NCBI GenBank assembly: GCA_002811645.1
Contig: PDIP01000078.1
Coordinates: 2,823 to 66,822 of the forward strand
Length of the DNA stretch: 64,000 nucleotides
From: Corallochytrium limacisporum Hawaii
Lineage: Eukaryota; Protista; Pluriformea
Reading direction: 5' to 3'
Part shown: positions 43,699-54,798 of the stretch, one piece after another
Numbering within the stretch: the first letter of the stretch is position 1
How the letters are laid out: each line of letters opens with the position of its first letter
Notes under the pieces: model-generated
Databases searched by the model: none
The model's input: only the letters and a program-made list of their open reading frames with translations
Told to the model about the DNA's origin: nothing
Position numbers and translations under genes: made by a program

Positions 43699-45057
43699 AT
43701 GAAGCCCACACGGGGACATTCTGGACACCAGCAAAATAGTTTTGCTGAGATTGCAGGTGAAGGAGTGGCGGATGGCGGACGCAAAGTAAGGGAGGATGCC
43801 AACATTCGGCAACAAGAAGATGTTGTGGGTGACTTGCGTAAAGCACAGATGAGCCCTTTGGAAAGCGGAAGCTTTGGTCAAGGTGAGTCGAGTCGCCAAA
43901 GAGACACAGCACAGTCCATGCAGTCTATCCACGAAAGTGGTGGCCATCGCACGAGCAGTGGCCTTGTCAGTCGCTACGACAATTCCACCCACAGACTGAA
44001 CTCCTTTGGAGGACGGTACGAATCTACACCGTACGGACTAGAAGCAGCCGCCCAGTCTGGTGTTTCCCTACGGGATCAGTATGCCAGCTCTTCATCAAAA
44101 GCATTCCAAAGCGCCGACAGTGGTCTAAACCGTGGCGGCCGGAGTGATTCCGGTGGCTTCGCTGACATGCGCGGTATTTACGACGGGTCTGAGGGGGGCG
44201 ATGACTCCCGGCATTTGGATGTAAGTGCATACGGTAGTCGAGATTTAGGTCCGGTTGACAGTGCTGGCAGTGCAAGACCGTATATGGGCCACGGACGGTC
44301 TCTGACAGGTGACAGCAACGATCTCCTTCTGGAGCGTCACAATTCGAACACGTCCCTCTTTGGGCGCGATTACGGTGGGAGACGGAGGCAGAACAGTTCA
44401 ACGGGCGCCGCAGATCACATTCGTCGCGAATCATTTGATCCTTTCGCGAGCAATTCACGGTTGTTCTCAGGACCCGGAGCTGGGTCGACTCATCAACTGG
44501 TTTCACCCTCAATTTCCCACGATCGCGCCAGTGGTGTGGCTGGAGTACGCAGTCGCGAAGATATGCGGGTTGCCTCCTACCATGGCTCCACTGCCGCGAA
44601 CCAGCACATGACGGGAGTGAGCTACATGGAGAATATCCACACGCGCCGTCTGGACACGGACTACATCGAGCAGGCCTATCAGAACTTCCTGAGCGGCGGT
44701 ATGAATGCCTTTCGCTATGACACTGAGAAGCTCTTCGATTCCATCCATCATATTCGCAAACTACAGGAACAGGTGGCCACCAAGCACATCCAGTACGAGA
44801 ATGACGTACTGGGTGCGGTGGCCAGTGCGAACGTGGAGACGGCGAAACAACAAACTGCGGTGGACAATGTGCTCTACAATTATTTCCAGGACTCCTCCGA
44901 AGATTTTGATGGACTCCTGGACCGTCTAGGCAACCTGCAAACGGAGGTGAGGACCTTCAATGAGCTTGTGCTGGAAAAGTTCGGTGGACAGCATGATGTC
45001 AACCAGCAACAGAATCGCCAGACTGACGGAGACCAACGTAGTATCTTCATGAAGTAA
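43699..45057 (+). CDS. CCDC28-like (DUF4061) coiled-coil protein with long S/G/R-rich disordered N-terminus
   Basis: NFLSGGMNAF...IHHIRKLQEQVATKH...FDGLLDRLGNL resembles CCDC28 DFHSGKLQAF...EHVRxMQEKLARLH...LDQLLSNLEDL. ATG at 43699 (gtaaccATG). Confidence 0.65.
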   Translation: MKPTRGHSGHQQNSFAEIAGEGVADGGRKVREDANIRQQEDVVGDLRKAQMSPLESGSFGQGESSRQRDTAQSMQSIHESGGHRTSSGLVSRYDNSTHRLNSFGGRYESTPYGLEAAAQSGVSLRDQYASSSSKAFQSADSGLNRGGRSDSGGFADMRGIYDGSEGGDDSRHLDVSAYGSRDLGPVDSAGSARPYMGHGRSLTGDSNDLLLERHNSNTSLFGRDYGGRRRQNSSTGAADHIRRESFDPFASNSRLFSGPGAGSTHQLVSPSISHDRASGVAGVRSREDMRVASYHGSTAANQHMTGVSYMENIHTRRLDTDYIEQAYQNFLSGGMNAFRYDTEKLFDSIHHIRKLQEQVATKHIQYENDVLGAVASANVETAKQQTAVDNVLYNYFQDSSEDFDGLLDRLGNLQTEVRTFNELVLEKFGGQHDVNQQQNRQTDGDQRSIFMK

Positions 45058-45176
45058 ATTTGTAGTGTCAGACCTACGTTTTCCCTTCGTATCAACTCTA
45101 TTGTTGTCTAGTTGGTGGTTGATGGTTTTGGTGACTAGAAACCACCTGACTTGTAATATGTTTTGCCATTCCTCCT

Positions 45177-48100
45177 TCAACCGCTCTTGGCCTTTTTCGC
45201 GCTCACCGAGGTCGCTCCGCCCTTGCGCTTTCGGGCATTTGAAGTCTTGGATCCGCTGGACGCCTTTGAATCTGTCTCGCCCTTCTTTGCAGTTGCTTTC
45301 TTGGCTCCACCTTTGTTTCCGTCAAGCTCTTTCTCGATCAAGCCGATAAGTACGGTGCATCGCCGTTGGAGTTCACTAGCAGTGCGACTTTTGAGGTACC
45401 AATCGAAGCGGAATTGAGCCGCCCGCCGAATCTCATAACGCAGCTCATCGAAAACACTATCTCCGCCGTAACCGAGCTGCTGGAGCATGCAAATCAAGAA
45501 GCGATCCTCATCCTCAGTATAGTTCTTGCCACGGTTGTTTGCGTAGTTGATACGCAGCTGCTGGAAGGGAAGTTTGTACTGGTTGACTTTGCGATTGAGG
45601 ATGCTCTGGATCTCTTTCGTGCGCTGGATTTTGGACTCTCCTTTCTCAATATTGCCAATAATCCGCTCGCAGTCATTAAGCTCTTGATACCGCTTCCAAA
45701 AGACTTTGTGGTACTCCTTAACCTCTTCAGGGTTCTTTCCTTCAACCGCTTTAGAGATGCTCTCAATGTCATTGCGACCGTACCGTTCGCAAGCCTTGAT
45801 ATACTGATTAAAGTCTCGCTTCTGCCACTCGCTGAAGCCTTCTTCTAGCAGCTTATCCTTTTCGGCTTGCTCTTCTTCGGTTAAGGGCTCGGCATTGTCA
45901 ATCTCTTCTTGCTCTCGCAGTCGATCCGCTTCAGTACGGCCTTCTTCTTCGTTGGCCTTGGCTGCCTTGTAGTTAATCTGCTTGCGGTACCATAGCACTT
46001 CCCGCTTCATCAGATCGTACAACTTTGCAGGATAGAACTCATAGTCTTCGACCTTCGGCTGCTTTGGCGGCCGTGGTGCCTTAGGCTCAGCCGGAGCGCG
46101 GGTCCTCAGTGCCTCGCGGAAGTACGAATCGATGGAGTAGTTGGCTTCACGCTTACGCTTCGGCGGCTCAATCCATCCGGCAACCGCGGACTGACCACCA
46201 TCCTTCTTGAAGTCCTTGCCTTCGAATTCGTACATGTTGGGACCAGTCTCATCCGAGAAATCGAAAGTCATGTTCTTGAGCTGATCCTCCTGCATGTTGT
46301 CATATTGCTCAGCCAGTTCCTTAGTCTTAGCTTCGCCACGCTCCAGGATCTTGTCAATTTCTTCGTCAAGCTCCTCATCATCCTGCACCCTCATAACACG
46401 GTCAGCACCGAATCGAATCATACTTAATACTTCATCCTTGCCTAGACTCTTTTGCTGCTCAGTCAACCGACCCGACTGGATGACAACGGCATCCAAGCGC
46501 AGCTTTCGATCAGCGCGGTCTACAATGCGCTCTTCCACGGTGCTTTCGGAAATCAAACGGAAAACGCGCACCTGTTTCTTCTGTCCGATACGGTGAGCGC
46601 GATCCTGGGCCTGTAAATCCACTTGTGGGTTCCAATCAGAATCGTAGAGAATTACCACATCGGCAGTAGCCAGGTTGATACCCAATCCACCGGCACGGGT
46701 ACTCAACATGAAAAGGAATTTCTCACTATTCGGTGCATTGTAGTCCTCAATCATTTGTTGACGAGCTTCATGCTCAGTCTGACCATCCAGTCGGCAGTAT
46801 TTGTAACCTTTCCACCAGCAGTAGTCTTCAAGAATGTCAAGCATACGTGTCATCTGACTAAAGACCAGTACCCGGCTTCCCTGCTCCTTGAGCTTAACCA
46901 GTAATTTGTCCATGACCTTCAACTTACCCGCGTTGTCAACGAGGTGCTGGTCAGTGGTGAATGGAGGGCCGGGTTCGGCACCGTCGAATAAGTATGGATG
47001 GTTGCAACACTTGCGCAGCTGCATCAGAATGTTCAACAGGCGCTTCTTATCGCCCTTGCCAGTATTTACAATGTCGATATCCTTGGACAGGATTCTGGTG
47101 TACATCTCCCTCTGCATTTTGCTGAGACCGACGTAGACTTTGGTCTCCTTCTTGGGCAGTAGTTCCTTTGCAACATCGCTCTTCAAACGACGCAGCAAGA
47201 ATGGTTTGAGGATCCTGTGCAGACGCTTGACTACATCTTCCTGATTCATGTCTGCCAGATTGAACCATTCATCAAAGGCCTCGGCATTGGCAAACACGTC
47301 TGGTAGAAGAAAATTGAGCAGAGCCCACAATTCGTGAAGATTATTTTGCAGAGGAGTGCCGGTAATCAGGAGACGATTCTTCGAAGTGAACTCACGCATG
47401 ACTTCGCTGAGTTTGCTGCTCTCGTTCTTGATACGGTGAGCCTCATCGATGATAATGTATCGCCAAGCAATTTTTCGTAGGGCAGCCTTCTCACGGATAG
47501 CTATCTCGTAGCTGACGATGATACAATCCCAGTGTTCACTGCCGCGCAGCTTTTCCTGAATAAACACAGCACGCTCATCCTTGTCACCATGGAAGACCAG
47601 TGCCTTGAGTTCTGGGACCCACATCTTGAATTCATTGTCCCAGTTCAGCAAAGTGGACTTGGGCACAACAATCAAATGTGGCCCATTTATACCGCGGTAA
47701 TGTTTCAAGTAACCCAATAGCGAAATGGTCTGCAGGGTCTTGCCCAGGCCCATCTCGTCCGCAAGTATACCATTGATACCATTCTCGTACAGAGATATCA
47801 TCCAGTTCAAGCCACGCAGCTGGTACTCACGCATTTTGCCACCTTCAACGTAGGGAGGGCTCTGAGTAAAGCTCGTGGGCTGGTCACCGTGCTTGGTTTC
47901 TTCTTTCAGGAACAATTCATCTTCTTCCTGTTCCGTCAAACGGCCTCCGCCGTGGCGACTGTCTCCAACAATGCCACCTCCCCTCTTCTTCGGAGTAGTG
48001 AGAATCAGGCTTTCATCACCCTGCGCCAAGGCATCTTTGATCTTGTCGTTGGCAGCCCCTGCTCCAGAGTCAACAAAATGAGCAAAAATTTCACTCTGTT

Positions 48101-48233
48101 TCAGCAGAAAATCGAAACGTTTCTTGCGATCTGCGACAACCTCTGCATTAAACGTCTGTGCCCGGACATTCTTTTCGTCCTGAACGACATCCTCGGCCTT
48201 GTACGCCGGGTCGGCGGAATTTGGATCAGCCAT
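45177..48233 (-). CDS. SMARCA5: ISWI chromatin remodelling ATPase (SNF2H/SNF2L)
   Basis: [36 protein letters not shown]-terminal HAND-SANT-SLIDE. ATG at 48233. Confidence 0.98.
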   Translation of the reverse strand: MADPNSADPAYKAEDVVQDEKNVRAQTFNAEVVADRKKRFDFLLKQSEIFAHFVDSGAGAANDKIKDALAQGDESLILTTPKKRGGGIVGDSRHGGGRLTEQEEDELFLKEETKHGDQPTSFTQSPPYVEGGKMREYQLRGLNWMISLYENGINGILADEMGLGKTLQTISLLGYLKHYRGINGPHLIVVPKSTLLNWDNEFKMWVPELKALVFHGDKDERAVFIQEKLRGSEHWDCIIVSYEIAIREKAALRKIAWRYIIIDEAHRIKNESSKLSEVMREFTSKNRLLITGTPLQNNLHELWALLNFLLPDVFANAEAFDEWFNLADMNQEDVVKRLHRILKPFLLRRLKSDVAKELLPKKETKVYVGLSKMQREMYTRILSKDIDIVNTGKGDKKRLLNILMQLRKCCNHPYLFDGAEPGPPFTTDQHLVDNAGKLKVMDKLLVKLKEQGSRVLVFSQMTRMLDILEDYCWWKGYKYCRLDGQTEHEARQQMIEDYNAPNSEKFLFMLSTRAGGLGINLATADVVILYDSDWNPQVDLQAQDRAHRIGQKKQVRVFRLISESTVEERIVDRADRKLRLDAVVIQSGRLTEQQKSLGKDEVLSMIRFGADRVMRVQDDEELDEEIDKILERGEAKTKELAEQYDNMQEDQLKNMTFDFSDETGPNMYEFEGKDFKKDGGQSAVAGWIEPPKRKREANYSIDSYFREALRTRAPAEPKAPRPPKQPKVEDYEFYPAKLYDLMKREVLWYRKQINYKAAKANEEEGRTEADRLREQEEIDNAEPLTEEEQAEKDKLLEEGFSEWQKRDFNQYIKACERYGRNDIESISKAVEGKNPEEVKEYHKVFWKRYQELNDCERIIGNIEKGESKIQRTKEIQSILNRKVNQYKLPFQQLRINYANNRGKNYTEDEDRFLICMLQQLGYGGDSVFDELRYEIRRAAQFRFDWYLKSRTASELQRRCTVLIGLIEKELDGNKGGAKKATAKKGETDSKASSGSKTSNARKRKGGATSVSAKKAKSG

Positions 48234-50153
48234 GCTTGGAAGAGTTGAAATGAAAATTATATCACCTCTCACCAACCGTTTTCCCGTTCCAAATTGGACA
48301 TGCTTGAAACCAATGTCGGTCCATGTGGCTGTTGTCTAATTCTTTCAGAAATACCATAGTTCGTGGATTCCATTTTCCTGGGACATTTCTTCTAAACGGT
48401 CCAAAAGGACATGCCAAGAAGTCCTGTCCGTTCCTCTGAAACCAATCAAAGCAAAACAGAACGAGGGAACGTGGAAATGGTACCTACAATGATGGCTACC
48501 CAACAAAGAAGCTTATCCCATATTTTGTCGCTCCTGCACTGATTGGGTTGTGGTCAGGAGTCCGGCCCCATGTAAAGCCCGAGTAAACTGCGGTGGCTGG
48601 GACGTGGTCTCAGTATTGCAGAACGTCAATGGCCAAACCCCCCCTCCTCGGGGCGGCGGGGAGAGGTTTCGCTATGACTATTGACACGGTAACAGAAAAT
48701 TGAGGAAGCGGCTCGAATGGAGTGTGCTCCCGTCCTCTGCCAACGATTTTGACCATATCATCTGGAAGTGCGCGGATCCGTGAGTAAAGACCAGCAAGTT
48801 TACTTATTTTCCAGTGGTGTGAGATAGAAGCCAGAGGCTAGGGACCCCTCCCTCCCTTCCCCCCCGGGGGGCATTTTACGCGCGAAACGGACAGCTCAAT
48901 AGATTTGCCTGGCCAACTACTGGCTCAACGTATGTACCACGGTACAATTCGCACCACAACCGAAAAGCCTGGAAGGTCACATGCATACTGAAAAGGCGCA
49001 TTGAATCGAAATAAGGGCAATTCTGAGTACACGTGTGAAGAATTCTATGCCAGAACAACAAAATTGGGTTCAAACATTAAACACTGTACTACATGTACAG
49101 ATTGAATCCGGGATCGAGTGGCTATCAACCCAGCAGCGATATGAGTTCAATCTGCCCAAAGGAATCCAATCGCAGATCTCATCTCATGGGCAGAGTAAGT
49201 ATGTCAGGAAGATTGCACAAAGCAATTTAGGAATTAGTATAAGTATTTGACTGTGCATTGCTGGTCAGATATGAATGTCGCAAAAGCAAATGGTCACACG
49301 TCGTGGTCGAGGCTTGGATTTCTGGTATCATCAGCGCACACTAGCTTCAAAAACTGAACTCTATCAAGGTATTCCTGAAGACATTGGTCAATTGAATTGA
49401 CATGTAAACCAATAGCTGAATTCAATTTTTTGGAGTGAAGTAAATTGAACGCTCTCATCTTCTCCTCCACATTCAATTCAGATCATGTTTTTGTATTTCA
49501 ACTCTTGTATCTTGTGGTGGTACCATTAAGGTGCCGCGATGTTGCAAAGAAATACACATATACTCAAATTGATGAATTAGGTTTCTTTCATCTTCGATTG
49601 CATGTGACTATATAAAAGAAGTACTCTTGATCATGAGCATGGTGCAGCGCACCCTGTCGCTCAATTGTGTTCCTCAAAATTACATGACCGCCCTGAAGTA
49701 AAGAAATGTGTATAATTGTAGTATACCGCTTCTTACATCCTATTTTCCTGATTGGATTTGGTCTTTGAGGTTTGTGCGGATTAGACAAGTCTTGCGCTAA
49801 AGCGGTCGACCCCATAGGTTCTTACCCCTTTCCTTCGTCCGGTTCTTCCCCCCTTGTGTGTTTTTTGTTCAGTTGGGGGTAGGCAGAATACTATAACTAT
49901 GGGCACCCCACTGCACTGAAATCAATAAGATCCAGCCATACCCTAGTTTCCAGTCTGCGTATAGTACGACCCACAGGGGTCGTCCACCTCTCGTTTCTGA
50001 AACGAAGCACTGTCGAAATTCTTTACTTGTATTTCAGCGGTTAACTATCCACATGTTCTTCTATGAACTTCGTGATGCGGAATATAAGCAAGAACTAGGC
50101 AACACAACGACGAGATCCCATGGCACTAATTTGAGCGGAATGTAGTTTGCACA

Positions 50154-50642
50154 ATGGCGGCAAATGCACCTACCAGCACTGCTCTTGAAACAAGCGGTGA
50201 AGATTTGCGGAAGGCCTTGGAAAATGCCACAGATGTGACAGAGTGTGTGACGCGCATCCACCATGAAAGTCTCATCCTCGCGGACCAGTTGCTGAAGATG
50301 TCTGAGGAACTTCAAAAGGCAATCGCAACGGCGTCTTCCGTTACGTTGCAGTCGTTGACCATTCTAAAGCTCAGTGTGGACTCCCTGGAGGAGGACATTG
50401 TTACTTCCATGCGCAAAATGGCAACTTTAGTGGCTGCTATTGAAGAGCTAGACAGTCCAATGTATGTGATTCAAGAAACCCGGCGAAAAGTGACACAAGT
50501 TTCGAGTGTATTGACTGCATTGGAAAAAGCGTGGGATCAGCACCGCAAGACCCTTGATGCAGAGGCCAAACGGGCCAGCAAGGCCAAGAAAAGCAAAGAT
50601 GGCAAGGATGACAGTCCAGGCAGTAGTTTGCCGACAAAATAA
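50154..50642 (+). CDS. BORCS6: BLOC-1-related complex (BORC) subunit 6/lyspersin-like
   Basis: SVDSLEEDIVTSMRKMATLVAAIEELDSPM parallels BORCS6 AVDSLGEAVDMSIKGMYTLLARCEELERAL; all-helical. Confidence 0.65.
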   Translation: MAANAPTSTALETSGEDLRKALENATDVTECVTRIHHESLILADQLLKMSEELQKAIATASSVTLQSLTILKLSVDSLEEDIVTSMRKMATLVAAIEELDSPMYVIQETRRKVTQVSSVLTALEKAWDQHRKTLDAEAKRASKAKKSKDGKDDSPGSSLPTK

Positions 50643-50783
50643 TACGAAAACATGCAATCCAAAACTTAGGGAAACCAGTTCATATGGGTCTGCAGAGATG
50701 CTGCCATATTGGATACTTAAACTGTAATATACTCAAAATACATCACACATCTACATACACCGAGATCATAGTACAGGAAAGTC

Positions 50784-52034
50784 TTATGTGCGGTATTCGC
50801 CATTGATTTTGACGTACTCATAGGAGAAATCACAGGTCCAGTAGACAGCCTCTTCCGTACCCTTACCAATGTCTACGACGACAAAGATATCTTCACCTTG
50901 GAAGATGGCTGTGCTTTTGTCTTCGTCCACCTTGTAGCGAGCGCCACCCTTGACCAAGTGCATGATCTCAGAATCTTCAGGGAGCTCCCAAGAGGACGTC
51001 AATCCCTCGGGTATGTCCGTATCGGTGCCAGCACCGAGGTAAACATTGACTTTGGTTTGGTCGAAGTCAACGCCACTGTACCCCGCCGCACAGACTACAC
51101 GTCCCCAGTTGGCATCACCGCCGAACATAGCAGTCTTGACCAAGGCTGAGGTGGCAATACTTTCTGCAACTCGACGAGCCTCGGATGTGCTGTCCGCACC
51201 AGTGACCTTGACACTGATGAACTTTGTTGCACCCTCACCGTCTCGAACCATGAGCTGGGCGAGTTCTTTGCAAAGATCGATGAGCGCACTTTGGAACATT
51301 CGCAGGTCTTCGGGCTGGCTGGCAGAAATCTCCACATTCGCTTCACCATTACTCAACAGCACCACGGCATCATTTGTAGAAGTATCACCATCCACAGTCA
51401 CACAGTTGAAGCTTTGGTCCACAGCGGTGCGAAGGGTAGCCTGCAACAATTCTGATTCAATTTCGGCATCGGTGCAGATGCATCCGAGCATGGTCGCCAT
51501 GTTGGGGTGGATCATGCCCACACCCTTAGATAGACCAGCTAATTGAATAGTCTGACCATTGGTCAGGGTAACTTCTCGAGTCCTCAGCTTAGGGAATGTA
51601 TCCGTGGTCATCATGCCCTCGGAGGCGTCCTTCCAGGCAACCTCTGTGTCTGACAACTGGGGAGCTAATTTCTTAATGCCCGCCACAATCTTGTCAATGG
51701 GCAAATGTTCACCAATCACGCCTGTGCTCATTACATAGAATGAATTACCCTTCGTAGCTTCTTGGGCAATTTCAGCCATCTTGTATGAGTTTGCAAGCCC
51801 CTGCTCGCCGGTACAAGCATTGGCACAGCCAGAGTTGATCACTAGACCACTAACAGGAGCATTCTTTGCCAGCAAGGCCCTACCATGAATCACAGGAGCA
51901 GCGCTGAACACGTTTTGAGTAAACATGGCTGCATGGTTACAGGGCTTTGTTGAAGAAATCATCACGAGATCACGGGCTGTCTTCTTTATTCCCGCATTGA
52001 GGGAACCCACCCGGAATCCAACAGGGAACTTCAT
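50784..52034 (-). CDS. argJ: Ornithine acetyltransferase/N-acetylglutamate synthase ArgJ (Arg7)
   Basis: FTQN.F.AAPV, NSGCANA.TG, STGVIG, MTTDTFPK, KGVGMIHPNMA|TML autoproteolysis site, DGDTSTND, DGEGATK, DANWGR, terminal INGEYRT. Start uncertain: 52034 has the best context; upstream in-frame ATGs reach 52133. Confidence 0.96.
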   Translation of the reverse strand: MKFPVGFRVGSLNAGIKKTARDLVMISSTKPCNHAAMFTQNVFSAAPVIHGRALLAKNAPVSGLVINSGCANACTGEQGLANSYKMAEIAQEATKGNSFYVMSTGVIGEHLPIDKIVAGIKKLAPQLSDTEVAWKDASEGMMTTDTFPKLRTREVTLTNGQTIQLAGLSKGVGMIHPNMATMLGCICTDAEIESELLQATLRTAVDQSFNCVTVDGDTSTNDAVVLLSNGEANVEISASQPEDLRMFQSALIDLCKELAQLMVRDGEGATKFISVKVTGADSTSEARRVAESIATSALVKTAMFGGDANWGRVVCAAGYSGVDFDQTKVNVYLGAGTDTDIPEGLTSSWELPEDSEIMHLVKGGARYKVDEDKSTAIFQGEDIFVVVDIGKGTEEAVYWTCDFSYEYVKINGEYRT

Positions 52035-54798
52035 GCTCCTAGTTTCCATACACCTTCCCTCACCGATATCGAACGGCATATGGTCCGTCTGATCTGACCA
52101 AGTGAACTTCCTCCAAGGTGTCCACAAATTCATATCTTGCCGGTACAACTAGACCTGTGTGCTTGCTTCTGGCTCACCGAAACACTTGCTAATTGAGGCC
52201 TTCCCGCCGGGTCACGATCGCAGATCAGTGCCAGGGTGAGTGTCCCAGTGGCTTTCTTTGATGTTTCTCACCTTTCATCTTGAGTTCTGGCCTGTAAATC
52301 CCTCCCCCACAAGTACACGCGACAAAACGGGAAAGAAATACAATATAGCCAAAAGCAGAGCACCCCGGAATTCTCACAGTGAACATAGCCCGAGTGGCCG
52401 TGGGGTACTTGGCTCGCGAGGGGTCCACACAACTGAAAGGGAGCGAATGCTGATCTACCATCAAAAACTATCACCCGCTTCTCTGGAGGGTCCGGCCGAT
52501 CATTATGTGGCGAGTTGGGAGTCCATTTATGTCGGTGACGAAAGGAAAGGGAAGGCCAGGCTTGGTAGTCAACCAATGGTAACCCGCATACTGAAATTAC
52601 CGTCCATCACATGAAACTATGTTAATGCTCAGCGGATTGGAGGTCGATGACGGATCGTGGCACGGTGATGGCAACTACTACGCATCCAACTATGATTGGA
52701 ACTAGTATTCTGTGGCTCCACTGCCATTCATCGTCCCATCCACCGCAAGCCAAACCTACCCAGAAAGAGAGATGACCCTGAATGTGTGGTTCACTTTGCA
52801 GGCAAAGACTTCAGACTAATCTGGTTTCCCTTTTGCGATTACAAGTCTTTTATATTGATTTCGGGGAAGAAATATCATCGATACCAACCGTGCAGGGCCG
52901 AGGTGATCCGGCAATTGTCTCCCTTCCCTCTGTTTACCAGGGCAACTCCTGCTGCATACACAAAGAGAGCGGAAGTTAACTGGAAACGTGAAAGCGAATC
53001 ACGAGCAGGGCAACGGGGGACCCCGATTTTGCGGTCAACGGGATCCCAAATTCAAATGCTAGTATTGAGACAGTTTTCTTCACCCCATGGCACCTAACGA
53101 AACTATGTAAAAAAAAATTTGCTGGCACTTGACGACCACGCGCGGGGTGGGAAGCGCGAGGCCGAGATGTCCTTAAAGCAGTGCTTGTTTGAGTAGGGAT
53201 TTTCGTGCTTTGGAACCCGGCTCGAGTTCTCTGAGGAAAGGGAATGCGCACGCTGGGGTCTCCGTGGTACATTAATTACCGGGAGTTGTTTCTGGCATGG
53301 TTCGGCCTTGGCGGGCACCAGCTCTGCGGGAGTTCCATCCTGTACAGGAACGTGAATAAACGTCATTCTTTCGGAGAATTGCACGGCCGTTTTGGTTCTC
53401 TTGTACGCTTTCACCGTGCTCAGGATGTATAGTAGCTAAGGTGACGACCACTGGCACCCTAAGCAGGGTAAAAGAGCGTGAAAGGTATTGCACCCCAGTC
53501 GTATAAAGGTAAAAGCACGGGTGCGTGTGTGTCGCGCCATCCAAAACTCGCACAAACAGAGTTGGTGCAATGGACTATTCGAAGCTGCACCGAGCCGTTA
53601 TGACCGGTGTGTACGCGCGTATTGGCCCTGCGGCGAATCCCTATGGAAGGGTTCTGGCATGTGATTAGCCATTCTACTACTTTCAAGAGTGCTGTGTGGT
53701 TGGCAAATTAATAAAACAAGCAGGCACGGTTCGTGTCAAGAATTGGATTTTTTTTTTTCATTTCTTTTGGTCATCTATAGTCAGTTAGTCAGTTGTATAA
53801 AACACCATGGAAGCCCAATGCTGAAGTATTTACTGCTTCGCATCCGGCAACCGGAGGTGCAGGCCATGTTAAGCAAGGAGATTATCGATAGTCCCGTTAC
53901 GAATTGCAATTTATCGAATCGACCAACCAGCCAAACCGGCACTTGCGTTCTTTGTCTTAGGCGTTTGTTGGGCGGCAAAATTGAAAAGAGGATGACTATC
54001 TAAAACACACCCGCATCCTCAACAACAAGGATACCGGCACAATTGTGAGAGCGCAGTCTAATTAAAAAAAGGCATTGTTCAGTACGTCCATGTCGTAGCG
54101 TTGTAGCTTGGTGATGTGTGGGTATGACATTGGCCATCGAGGGCGCACAACAAACACATCCACGCTACCCAATCCACCTCCCCTGGCCACATACGCGACC
54201 GTACGTACTAGTACGGTCAGTGTGTGGTCCCGGTACTCGTTTAGTGGACAAATCCCACAGGGAAGGAAACGTGTCCTTCTGGGTATACACTCAGTATTGA
54301 ACATTGGGCGACGGAGAGAGAGACTTCCCCGGGAAGCGAGCAAACGAGCGTGGGGTCCAGAGCAAGAGACCCAGTGAGCACGGGTCCAGGAAGTTGTAAG
54401 GGGGCTGTAAAGTGAACCGAGGCGTGCCGTGGATTGCAAGTATGGGAAAGTCACAGCCTCCAGGGACCCTTGATTTGGTTTCTCCCTTGTCCAAGTCTTG
54501 GTTGTGATGACGGGAACGACGAGAAATTGAACGTCTGAAAGTTATCATTATTGATAATGTTGCTGGGTACAAGAGGAATTTGTCCATGTATGAAATGATG
54601 ATCTGGACACACTCTCTAGAAATTCACAGGACGTGCGATACTGCTGAGGTAGCAGAAACCTATCCCCAGCAACATAACTCCTGAATTTGTGTGTGTTAAG
54701 TGGTCAAAGTAACTTCTGCGTTTAGTGTGCAAGACAGTCATTTGTGAAGGCTTTCGGAACTCGTTTGTAAATCAAAAGAACATTAAAACCAAATCACT

